From positions 4,503 to 68,502 of the forward strand of contig CALXTN010000001.1 in the NCBI GenBank assembly GCA_944391405.1: 64,000 bases of DNA, given 5' to 3'. The position numbers were made by a program, and so were the translations under genes. This document shows positions 39,291-47,341 of this stretch, piece after piece. A model generated the notes under the pieces. That model was not told where the DNA came from, made no database searches, and worked only from the letters and a program-made list of their open reading frames with translations. Position 1 is the first letter of the stretch. Every line of letters starts with the position of its first letter. This stretch comes from an uncultured Alphaproteobacteria bacterium (GTDB lineage: Bacteria; Pseudomonadota; Alphaproteobacteria; RF32; CAG-239).

Positions 39291-41822
39291 ATGTTTAATT
39301 TAGGAGATTGTGTATTGAAAAAAGCTAAATTACAAATTAACGATGAAGCAAGAAAAGCTAGACTTAAATTGTCTATTGAACATTACATTAAATATTTCAT
39401 CGGTAAAAGAGCTTGTGAAGTTACAAAAGAGGAGGCTCTTTATGCTATTTCCTTGGCTGTGAGAGAATTTGCCATGGATGAAATGTATAAAACAATGGCT
39501 AAATATAACGAAAACTCAGCTAAAAGAGTTTATTATTTGTCTATTGAATACTTAATTGGACGCTCCTTGGAAAATAACCTACATAACCTTGGTTTATATG
39601 ATTTATTAAAAGATATTAAAATTGAGGGTTTTCCAGATATTTCTTTAGAGGAAATTTTTGATACAGAATACGATCCTGCTTTGGGAAATGGTGGTTTGGG
39701 ACGTTTAGCTGCTTGCTATTTGGACTCTATGGCTTCTTTGGGATTACCTGGATTTGGTTATGGTATTAATTATCAATTCGGCTTATTTAAACAGAAATTT
39801 GAAAATGGATGGCAAGTTGAACAAGCTGATGATTGGTTCTCAGACTTCTCTCCGTGGGAGTTAGCCAGACCAGACAGATTAGTCACTATTCCTATGTTTG
39901 GAAATGTTGAAACCTATAAAGATGCCAATGGTAAAGATACCTATGTCTGGGCAAATACGCAAACTCTTTATGGCGTTCCTTACGATTTCCCTGTGGTTGG
40001 TTACGATGGAAAATCTGTAAATTACCTACGTTTGTTCTCCGCTAAAACAGATGATGAATTTGATATCGATATTTTTAATAACGGTGGATATATTGAAGCA
40101 GTTGAAGATAAAATTAAAACAGAAGCTATTTCTAAAGTTCTTTATCCTTCAGATGCTATCGAATCCGGTAAAGCTCTTCGTTTATCTCAACAATATTTCT
40201 TCGTTTCTTGTGCTATTCAGGATATTTTTAGAAGATTTTTAGAAAAAAGTAATGACTTTGAAAAATTGCCTGACTCTGTTTGTATTCAATTAAATGATAC
40301 GCATCCAGCTTTAGCTATCGTTGAAATGATGCGTTTACTCATAGATATTTATGGGCAAGATTGGGATACTTCTTGGAATATAGTTACTAAGGTATTTGCT
40401 TATACAAACCATACATTATTGCCTGAAGCTTTGGAAACATGGCCTGTTAAATATTTTAAGCATATGTTGCCTAGACATTTGCAAATTATTTATGAAATTA
40501 ATCGTCGATTTATTGAATTCGCTAAAACTAAATTTGGTGCTACAAGTGAAAAATTAGCTAAAGTTTCTATTGTATCTGGTGATGGCGATACACAAATTAT
40601 TCGTATGGCAAATTTGTCTATTGTTGGTTCATTCTCTGTTAATGGCGTGGCTAAAATTCACTCTGAACTGATTAAGACCTCTCTCGTGCCTGAATTTTAT
40701 GAATTGTGGCCAGAGAAATTTACCAATATCACAAATGGTATTACCCCAAGACGTTGGTTATTGCACGCGAATACAAATTTATCTAACTTGATTTCTGAGA
40801 AAATTGGTAAAGATTGGATTTCTAACCTAGATTTATTAAACCAAGTTGCTAATTTTGTTGATGATGATGATTTTCTTAAGCGTTTTATCAAAATTAAAAA
40901 AGCCAACAAAGAACTGTTACGCCATGAGATTTTTAAGAAAACGAATGTTGCTGTTACAACAAACAGTATGTTTGTGGTTCAAGCTAAGCGTATCCACGAA
41001 TATAAACGTCAACTTATGGCGATTCTGCAAGTTATTGGCGATTATTTGGCCATCGTTCGCGACAATGTTCGTCCGGTTTGCCCAAAAACTTATATCTTTG
41101 CAGGTAAAGCAGCTCCGTCATATACTTTTGCTAAATTAATCATTAAATTGATTAACAATGTTGCAAATGTGGTCAATAATGACCCCAAAGTCGGCGACGC
41201 GCTTAAAGTGGTATTTGTTCCGGATTATAAAGTTTCTTTGGCAGAAATTCTTATTCCAGCAGCTGATGTTAGCTTGCAAATTTCCACCGCTGGTTTTGAA
41301 GCTTCCGGTACGGGTAATATGAAATTTGCCTTAAACGGTGCTTTGACTGTTGGTACATATGATGGTGCTAATATTGAAATTCGTGAAGCGGTGGGTGAAG
41401 ACAATTTCTTCCTCTTTGGTTTGCGTGAAAATGAAATTCAAGAAATGCGTCCAACTTATAATCCGCGCAAGATTTATGAAGAGTCGGAATATATTAAGCG
41501 CATTTTGAATACATTAACATCTAATCTGTTTTGTGAAAAAGATGCACCGTCTTTGTTTAAGCCAATTTTTGATGAATTGCTTAACCGTGACTACTTCTTT
41601 GTTTTGGCTGATTTGGAAGCCTTTGATAAAGCCATGAAAGATGCTGAAAAAGCATATCTTAACAAAGAGGAATGGGCTAAAAAAGCTATTTATAATGTAG
41701 CAAGAGTTGGTTATTTCTCCAGCGACCGTGCGGTTAAAGAATATGCCGAAAAGATTTGGCACGTTCAAAGCTATGATTCGGATGATGACTATATGTCTGA
41801 AGATGAAGCTAAATCTGCTTAA
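39291..41822 (+). CDS. glgP: Glycogen/maltodextrin phosphorylase (GT35)
   Basis: LGNGGLGRLAACYLDS...EASGTGNMKFALNGALTVGTYDGANIEI (PLP lysine motif). An alternative TTG start at 39315 has a GGAG SD. Confidence 0.93.
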   Translation: MFNLGDCVLKKAKLQINDEARKARLKLSIEHYIKYFIGKRACEVTKEEALYAISLAVREFAMDEMYKTMAKYNENSAKRVYYLSIEYLIGRSLENNLHNLGLYDLLKDIKIEGFPDISLEEIFDTEYDPALGNGGLGRLAACYLDSMASLGLPGFGYGINYQFGLFKQKFENGWQVEQADDWFSDFSPWELARPDRLVTIPMFGNVETYKDANGKDTYVWANTQTLYGVPYDFPVVGYDGKSVNYLRLFSAKTDDEFDIDIFNNGGYIEAVEDKIKTEAISKVLYPSDAIESGKALRLSQQYFFVSCAIQDIFRRFLEKSNDFEKLPDSVCIQLNDTHPALAIVEMMRLLIDIYGQDWDTSWNIVTKVFAYTNHTLLPEALETWPVKYFKHMLPRHLQIIYEINRRFIEFAKTKFGATSEKLAKVSIVSGDGDTQIIRMANLSIVGSFSVNGVAKIHSELIKTSLVPEFYELWPEKFTNITNGITPRRWLLHANTNLSNLISEKIGKDWISNLDLLNQVANFVDDDDFLKRFIKIKKANKELLRHEIFKKTNVAVTTNSMFVVQAKRIHEYKRQLMAILQVIGDYLAIVRDNVRPVCPKTYIFAGKAAPSYTFAKLIIKLINNVANVVNNDPKVGDALKVVFVPDYKVSLAEILIPAADVSLQISTAGFEASGTGNMKFALNGALTVGTYDGANIEIREAVGEDNFFLFGLRENEIQEMRPTYNPRKIYEESEYIKRILNTLTSNLFCEKDAPSLFKPIFDELLNRDYFFVLADLEAFDKAMKDAEKAYLNKEEWAKKAIYNVARVGYFSSDRAVKEYAEKIWHVQSYDSDDDYMSEDEAKSA

Positions 41823-41840
41823 ATTTTCTTACTAAAGATT

Positions 41841-41875
41841 AAGCCCGAAGCACAAAACTTCGGGCTTTTTGTTTA
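41841..41875 (+). terminator. Intrinsic terminator after glgP
   Basis: AAGCCCGAAG-cacaaaa-CTTCGGGCTT followed by TTTGTTTATTTT. Confidence 0.88.
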
Positions 41876-41926
41876 TTTTCAATAGATTATCGCTATTGCG
41901 ACTCGAAACAGCGAATCGACAACAGC

Positions 41927-41955
41927 TTGACGTATGGCAAAAAATGTGGTATATT
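41927..41955 (+). promoter_or_regulatory. Near-consensus sigma-70 promoter with extended -10
   Basis: TTGACG (41927-41932), a 17-nt spacer ending in TGG, then TATATT (41950-41955). It sits about 300 nt upstream of the lipoprotein ATG. Confidence 0.6.
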
Positions 41956-42264
41956 ATAGCTGTAAAGTGAATTATTCTGTTTTCTAAGTTTTATTTTTAT
42001 TATTGTAAAAATCTCTTAGTGCGGCGTAGTTCACTTAATAAAATTGAATATTAACAGACGCATTTGGAAGTACCGGACCAGCAGCTGATAGAAATTTTTT
42101 GATTGAAAAGGCATTATTACGACAACAGCCTACCGCAAGCGAATAATAGTAACTTAGGTTAACCAATTGAAATTGAGTATTGAAGCGCCCCCAATAGCCA
42201 AATGCTATTTTAAGATAACGCGTGAGTAGACAGGTGGAAACATCTTGAGGAGCGCGTGTGACGT

Positions 42265-43149
42265 ATGAAGAAAAACTTATTCTTCGTAGTCGTTGTGTTA
42301 TTAAGTGTAATGATGTTTTATTCTTGTGCCGGTGAAGAACTGGTGCAAATTGTCGAAGAAACTTCTGAAAAATATCAGGAGCCAGCACAGGTTCCTGAAT
42401 ATTGGGAGTGGTCTTACAGCCACTCTGAGTTAGTTAAAAATGAAACAACGCTGGTTGACGGCGTTGTGGATTTCGAGATTGAGATTAAAGACGTGTACAC
42501 AGCGGTGTATGCAGGGGAAAAGGTGTATAAAGACACCACCCGCGTCTACAATTTTTCAACTATTCAGAGCGCTGAGTGGAGATCTGTAAACCTTGCGTTT
42601 AGCAAGGGATACAAGGCATATCAGACTGAGTTCACGAACCATAACAACATGGTTCGCAACCTCTATGCAGAAAGAGACTCCACTTTCTGTGAAGAAGGTG
42701 GATGGACAGTAGTCCGTGAAGAAAAGGCAGCCCACTTCAATTACGTTTCTTCAACATGCGAGGAGGATGGGTTCGATCCTGTTGCTTCTTGCAACAACTT
42801 CGCCGGTTTCTTTACCGACGAAAAGTTGGGTGAAATCCAATTGAAGCCGGTGGTGATTACAATCTATCCGAGAGGATACGAAAGTAAGCACCACAAAGAC
42901 GAAACTTACCGTTACGACGGTGAGTCAGGTCTTTGGATTGACCGTCCGTGGGAAACATCAGAGGATAAGCAGAGCTCTCGCTCTGCCGTTGAAAACGGGA
43001 AAGAGTATATGAGATATCCTATTATCATTTCAGCAGAATTTTCTTGCGAAGACTTCGGTCTGAGCGAAAAATTCGTTGCTGAGTATGATTATTGGATCCT
43101 CTTCAATCGTGAAGAGGCTATCGCAGAAGGCTCAGCTATTCCGTTCTAA
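42265..43149 (+). CDS. Orphan lipoprotein, Bacteroidota-style signal/lipobox, higher-GC foreign-looking gene
   Basis: MKKNLFFVVVVLLSVMMFYSC|AGEE: a lipobox Cys followed by acidic residues. GAGGAG SD. Three internal C-E-[ED] motifs (FCEEGGW, TCEEDGF, SCEDFGL). Hand-counted 60-mers are 40-48% GC. Confidence 0.7.
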   Translation: MKKNLFFVVVVLLSVMMFYSCAGEELVQIVEETSEKYQEPAQVPEYWEWSYSHSELVKNETTLVDGVVDFEIEIKDVYTAVYAGEKVYKDTTRVYNFSTIQSAEWRSVNLAFSKGYKAYQTEFTNHNNMVRNLYAERDSTFCEEGGWTVVREEKAAHFNYVSSTCEEDGFDPVASCNNFAGFFTDEKLGEIQLKPVVITIYPRGYESKHHKDETYRYDGESGLWIDRPWETSEDKQSSRSAVENGKEYMRYPIIISAEFSCEDFGLSEKFVAEYDYWILFNREEAIAEGSAIPF

Positions 43150-43174
43150 GCACAGCGGTGCTGCACTAAGATAA

Positions 43175-43206
43175 GGGTCCCAAGCATTTGCTTGGAACCC
43201 TTTTTT
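43175..43206 (+). terminator. Intrinsic terminator after the lipoprotein gene
   Basis: GGGTCCCAAGC-attt-GCTTGGAACCC (10 of 11 bp paired) followed by TTTTTT. Confidence 0.85.
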
Positions 43207-43260
43207 ATGCTCTATTGGGCTTTTTATCAGCTTTTTATCCGCGAATCTTTTTAATTTATT

Positions 43261-44172
43261 CTAGCGATAATCCCACTCTTCTTTGGCTCGTCTGTTTCGT
43301 GCTTCTATGGATAAAGTTCTACCTTTATATTTTTGGGGCTTTTCCGTAAACTCTTTAACGCGCTCCATCGCTTTTGCATAACGATTTTCTTCATATTCCG
43401 CTTTTTTAGAAATATCTTCATATCGTTTGGTCTGCTCCGCATTATTTGCATCTCTGCTCAATGCGGCGGCGGTTATGCGTATGGCATAATTAAAATCTTT
43501 TTTTAGCTTAAACTTAGCACTGCGATTGTACTTTTCAGCTGGCAAGCAATCCACTATGTTTAAACAGTTTTCATACAACGACAATTTCTCCGCACAACCT
43601 TTTATTTTTCTAAGTTCCTCGTTGTTCATTACTTCTTTGAAAAAATACATTGCATCTTTTTCATAATCTTTAGACGCCTTTTGATTTTTACGACGCAAGC
43701 GTTCATATCCTTTTTTCATATCCCGAATGCGCAATGCTTGACGATTATATTCTTCCAATATAATTCTATCATGATATTCTGGCAGATGGCGCTTACAATT
43801 GTATTCTAATGCGTTTAGAATATACTTATTTTCAGGGTATATATGGGGGCGAAAATATTCGACTCCGTGTAACAAATTTCGGTAATGATACTCACTCAAA
43901 TTTTGCGTATTATTGGCATATGAATCTATAGATTGTCGATATTCCTCCAAACTGTCACAAAAATCTACTGCTTTGGCCGTTTCTATATATAACAGCGAAT
44001 CGTCTGTCCAAATGCTTAATTGTCCATCTGCACTACGACGATGAGCAACCTTACTTTGATATATGGAAATCTCTGTGTTTACTGAACTGTTTTCGTGATT
44101 TGTGCAACGTGAAACGGCTCGGTTTATTATCCGATACAATTCTTGTATTTGAACATTTTCCGCCATGATCAC
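43261..44172 (-). CDS. Hypothetical, predicted all-helical Lys/Glu/Tyr-rich protein (about 301-303 aa)
   Basis: Long uninterrupted ORF. It starts at GTG 44172 or ATG 44166 and has its own candidate promoter. No family recognised. Confidence 0.6.
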   Translation of the reverse strand: MIMAENVQIQELYRIINRAVSRCTNHENSSVNTEISIYQSKVAHRRSADGQLSIWTDDSLLYIETAKAVDFCDSLEEYRQSIDSYANNTQNLSEYHYRNLLHGVEYFRPHIYPENKYILNALEYNCKRHLPEYHDRIILEEYNRQALRIRDMKKGYERLRRKNQKASKDYEKDAMYFFKEVMNNEELRKIKGCAEKLSLYENCLNIVDCLPAEKYNRSAKFKLKKDFNYAIRITAAALSRDANNAEQTKRYEDISKKAEYEENRYAKAMERVKEFTEKPQKYKGRTLSIEARNRRAKEEWDYR

Positions 44173-44195
44173 TCTTTCTTTATTTGCTTTTGTTT

Positions 44196-44224
44196 ATTTT
44201 ATCATACTTTATTTTTGTTTGCAA
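44196..44224 (-). promoter_or_regulatory. Candidate sigma-70 promoter for the 303-aa gene
   Basis: The minus strand reads TTGCAA, a 17-nt spacer, then TAAAAT, about 24 nt upstream of the start codon. Confidence 0.35.
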
Positions 44225-44287
44225 AAGAAAAATATAAAGTAAAAGAAGCCGTTTATTTACGACTCCTTATTATACTTTCAAAAAATA

Positions 44288-44719
44288 TTATTCGTTTTCT
44301 AAAATAATATCTCCAGTTTTTAGCAGAACTAATTTATCTAATACCCATTTATTAATTTGTTTAATTTTCTCATTTTCGACATTAAGACGTTCAGCTATAT
44401 CAATAATAAAATCAATTTCATCATCATCTAAGCCACTGTCTGAGTTGGCTAAATAACATAATTCTTTAATTAGTTGTAAGGCTTTTTTGCGTTCTTTTAT
44501 CTGGCTTACTTTTTCTAAAATCTGTTCTTTATTCAGATTTTTCATAATGTTTACAATTTCCGCCTCTGGAATTTCATACATTTTTCCGATATTTTTTAAA
44601 AAATCTATCTCTTCTTTGGCTACTTTTTTATCTGAGCATACCATGCTGCAAAAACTTTCTACAAAAATCCTTTTTTCTTCTGGACTTAAAGTTGCTATGT
44701 ATTCATATTCATGGTTCAT
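44288..44719 (-). CDS. TerB-like (tellurite-resistance TerB / DjlA-N type) domain protein
   Basis: Two repeats of the TerB pattern: FCSMVCSDKKVAKEEIDFLKNIGKMYEI and LCYLANSDSGLDDDEIDFIIDIAERLNV. GGAG SD 8 nt before the ATG at 44719. Confidence 0.6.
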   Translation of the reverse strand: MNHEYEYIATLSPEEKRIFVESFCSMVCSDKKVAKEEIDFLKNIGKMYEIPEAEIVNIMKNLNKEQILEKVSQIKERKKALQLIKELCYLANSDSGLDDDEIDFIIDIAERLNVENEKIKQINKWVLDKLVLLKTGDIILENE

Positions 44720-44874
44720 CTTTTTTCTCCGCTGAAAATTTCTTTGCATAGTATACAATAATTTATTTAAAATCCACTAAATAAATGAAATCTGTGTATT
44801 TCTAAGAAATTACTCACTTTCGCAAAAAATATGTTGACGTTACTGAAAACTTAATGTAAATGTTCTTAAGTTAC

Positions 44875-44962
44875 GGAGTGTTGGCAGAGCGGTAATGCAG
44901 CGGATTGCTAATCCGTCATCCCGAATAAGGATGCACAGGTTCGAGTCCTGTACACTCCGCCA
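44875..44962 (+). tRNA. tRNA-Ser (anticodon GCU), type II with long variable arm, CCA encoded
   Basis: Acceptor stem GGAGTGT/ACACTCC, discriminator G and CCA. Anticodon loop TTGCTAA, long variable arm CATCCCGAATAAGGATG, and T-arm GGTTCGAGTCC. Confidence 0.93.
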
Positions 44963-44967
44963 TTTTT

Positions 44968-44997
44968 AGGCCTGCTAAATTGCAGGCTTTCGTTTTA
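44968..44997 (+). terminator. Terminator after tRNA-Ser
   Basis: AGGCCTGC-taaatt-GCAGGCTT followed by TCGTTTT. Confidence 0.65.
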
Positions 44998-45182
44998 TCA
45001 TTTTTATAACTTTTTCACTTATCCACCATTTAGACAAAATATGAGTTTTTTCTTTACTTTAATTTAAGATTTTGCTGATATATATTTGTTAGTGTTGGTT
45101 TTTACTTTATTTGTAAAATAGTTATTGACAAAAACAAAACTCTCTGTCATTTATTATGTCAATAACAAGAAAGGAAATAAAT

Positions 45183-45404
45183 ATGATTAAGGCTACAATT
45201 AAAAACGAAACAAAAAGAAATCTCTTTGCAAAAACGGGTGCAAAAAAAATAGCAAGCGGTTTTTGTTCTACCAAAAAGAAGCTTTCGTGTGGGGTTATCC
45301 TTGATCAATATAAAATTATTGCAACAGGCGTTTGTTCTGATAGAGAGATTAAACACGAATTGAATAATGTTTTGCTTTTCAAAAAACAAAAAGAAGTTGC
45401 TTAA
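45183..45404 (+). CDS. Hypothetical small Lys/Cys-rich protein (73 aa)
   Basis: AAGGAA SD 7 nt before the ATG at 45183. A perfect TTCG-tetraloop terminator follows. No family recognised. Confidence 0.4.
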   Translation: MIKATIKNETKRNLFAKTGAKKIASGFCSTKKKLSCGVILDQYKIIATGVCSDREIKHELNNVLLFKKQKEVA

Positions 45405-45425
45405 AAAATATTTGTTGTTGCTTGG

Positions 45426-45447
45426 GTCCGCTTCGGCGGACTTTTTT
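45426..45447 (+). terminator. Intrinsic terminator with TTCG tetraloop
   Basis: GTCCGC-TTCG-GCGGAC followed by TTTTTT. Confidence 0.88.
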
Positions 45448-45554
45448 ATGCACAGATACACCATCCTTGTCATTTTATTAAAAATATCTTGCAAATATTA
45501 CGCAAATTTATATATTCATGGGTGAGAATTAATATTTATGATAAGGAGATTATA

Positions 45555-46592
45555 ATGCCTTTAGTTTCTATGCGTCAGATTTTAGATCACGCTGCCGAAA
45601 ACAACTATGGTGTTCCGGCTTTCAATGTTAATGATATGGAACAAATTATTGCTGTTTTGGAAGCAGCTAAAGAAGTTAACGCACCAGTTATCATCCAAAC
45701 TTCTACCGGTGCCAGAAAATTTGCCGGCGATCCGATGATTCGTCACATGATTGCAGCCGGAATCGAAATGTTCCCAGAATTACCAATCTGTTTACACCAA
45801 GACCATGGTTCTTCCGTTGATATTTGTCAATCTGCTTTGGTTAACGGCTATTCTTCAGTTATGATGGATGGTTCTTTGGAAGCTGATGGTAAAACACCTT
45901 CTTCTTTTGAATATAATGTTCGCGTTACTAAAGAAGTTGTTGCAAGAGCTCATGCTGTTGGCGCTTCTGTTGAAGGGGAACTAGGTGTTATCGGTTCTTT
46001 GGAAACAGGTAAAGGTGACAAAGAAGATGGTCACGGCGCTGAAGGTGTTATTGATAAAAAACGTTTGGTTACAGATCCTGACGAGGCTGCAAAATTTGTT
46101 GCTGAAACAAATATTGACGCTTTGGCTGTTGCTGTTGGTACTTCTCACGGTGCTTATAAATTTACTCGCAAACCTACCGGCGACATTTTGGCTATTGATG
46201 TTATTGAAAAAATTCATGCTAAATTGCCAAATACACACATGGTTATGCATGGCTCATCTTCTGTTCCACAGGAATTGCAAGATTTAATTAACGCTTATGG
46301 CGGTGCTATCCCTCAAACATTTGGTGTTCCGGTTGAAGAAATTGTTCGCGGTATTAAATCTGGTGTTCGCAAAGTTAATGTTGATACAGATTGCCGCATG
46401 GCTATTACAGGAGCTATCAGAAAATTATTTACTGAGAATCCAAAAGAATTTGATCCTCGTAAATATTTAAAGCCTGCTATTGAAGAAATGAAGAAAGTTT
46501 GCATCGACCGTTATGTTGCTTTTGGTGCGGCTGGTCAGGCTGATAAAATTAAACCCCTTCCCTTGTCTGTTATGGCAAAGAAGTACGCTTAA
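45555..46592 (+). CDS. fba: Class II fructose-bisphosphate aldolase
   Basis: [26 protein letters not shown]...HQDHG...HGSSSVP. AAGGAG SD before the ATG at 45555. Confidence 0.93.
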   Translation: MPLVSMRQILDHAAENNYGVPAFNVNDMEQIIAVLEAAKEVNAPVIIQTSTGARKFAGDPMIRHMIAAGIEMFPELPICLHQDHGSSVDICQSALVNGYSSVMMDGSLEADGKTPSSFEYNVRVTKEVVARAHAVGASVEGELGVIGSLETGKGDKEDGHGAEGVIDKKRLVTDPDEAAKFVAETNIDALAVAVGTSHGAYKFTRKPTGDILAIDVIEKIHAKLPNTHMVMHGSSSVPQELQDLINAYGGAIPQTFGVPVEEIVRGIKSGVRKVNVDTDCRMAITGAIRKLFTENPKEFDPRKYLKPAIEEMKKVCIDRYVAFGAAGQADKIKPLPLSVMAKKYA

Positions 46593-46610
46593 GTTTCTTC
46601 ATATTTTTAT

Positions 46611-46638
46611 AGAGCTGTATAATTTACAGCTCTTTTTT
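46611..46638 (+). terminator. Intrinsic terminator after fba
   Basis: AGAGCTGT-ataattt-ACAGCTCT followed by TTTTT. Confidence 0.85.
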
Positions 46639-46666
46639 ATATGTTTTTATGCAAAAAATAAGGCGG

Positions 46667-46684
46667 TTTTTTTTTTTTTTTTTT
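46667..46684. repeat. Homopolymeric T18 (A18 on the minus strand) tract in the convergent intergenic spacer
   Basis: Direct count gives 18 consecutive T between the fba terminator and the infC stop. Confidence 0.9.
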
Positions 46685-46702
46685 CTCTTATATATCTATA
46701 TT

Positions 46703-47254
46703 TTATGCTGGAGAAACAATCATAAACATTTGCTTTCCTTCTAATTTAGGAGCTGCGTCTACTTTGCAGACACCATCTAAATCTTCAAGCAATCTGTTCA
46801 ATATTTCTTTTCCCATGTCATTAGCACTCATTTCACGACCTTTGTAACGCATAGTAAACTTAACTTTATCTCCCTGTTCCAAAAATTTCTTTGCCTGTTT
46901 TACTTTTACCTCATAGTCGTGAGTATCAATCATCGGGCGTAATTTCAATTCTTTAATATTTACAACCTTCTGATTTTTCTTTGCTTCATTTTTCTTCTTC
47001 TGCATTTCATATTTATATTTACCATAATCCAATACTTTGCAGACAGGAGGAGTTACTTGAGGAGAAATTTCTATTAAATCCAATCCAACTTCTTGAGCAA
47101 TCTTCAATGCTTCTATAATTGGCACTATTCCTAAATTTTCTCCATTATAATTTATTAAACGAACTTCTTTGGATTTTATCTCGCGATTTATGCGCGGTCC
47201 ATCATTTTCACGTACTGGCGCATTAGTATTTTCAGTAGCTATGGTTGCCTCCAA
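46703..47254 (-). CDS. infC: Translation initiation factor IF-3
   Basis: RINREIKSKEVRLINYNGENLGIV...DLIEISPQVTPPVCKVLDYGKYKYE... Confidence 0.93.
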   Translation of the reverse strand: MEATIATENTNAPVRENDGPRINREIKSKEVRLINYNGENLGIVPIIEALKIAQEVGLDLIEISPQVTPPVCKVLDYGKYKYEMQKKKNEAKKNQKVVNIKELKLRPMIDTHDYEVKVKQAKKFLEQGDKVKFTMRYKGREMSANDMGKEILNRLLEDLDGVCKVDAAPKLEGKQMFMIVSPA

Positions 47255-47341
47255 TAAAAATTAATGTTACTTTTTGTATAATAGTTAAATTTATTATACT
47301 TCGCAACAAAAATCTTTCTATTTTTTCGCAAATTCTTATGC

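Noticed and set aside
41960-42264. Assigning the ~300-nt leader to a known riboswitch, retron msr-msd or T-box class.
   Set aside because: I found local hairpins. I found no long a1/a2-type terminal inverted repeats, no conserved riboswitch cores that I could recognise, and no adjacent reverse transcriptase. It is left as an unclassified leader.
42035-42388. 117-aa minus-strand ORF that overlaps the leader and the start of the lipoprotein gene.
   Set aside because: It has no SD. It runs antisense across the promoter-leader-start region of a gene that has complete expression signals. Its product is Arg/Leu/Ser-rich with no motif. It is probably spurious, although an antisense transcript cannot be excluded.
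45159-45494. 111-aa minus-strand ORF that overlaps the 73-aa plus-strand small ORF.
   Set aside because: The plus-strand ORF has an SD and a perfect downstream terminator. The minus-strand ORF has neither, and it would read through the fba promoter region.
41876-45500. Classical tRNA-targeted integrative island (integrase plus att repeats) at tRNA-Ser.
   Set aside because: There is no integrase, recombinase or transposase ORF. I could find no direct repeat of the tRNA-Ser 3' end by eye. Most of the odd DNA lies 5' of the tRNA rather than 3' of it. It is reported only as a compositional cassette and accessory islet.
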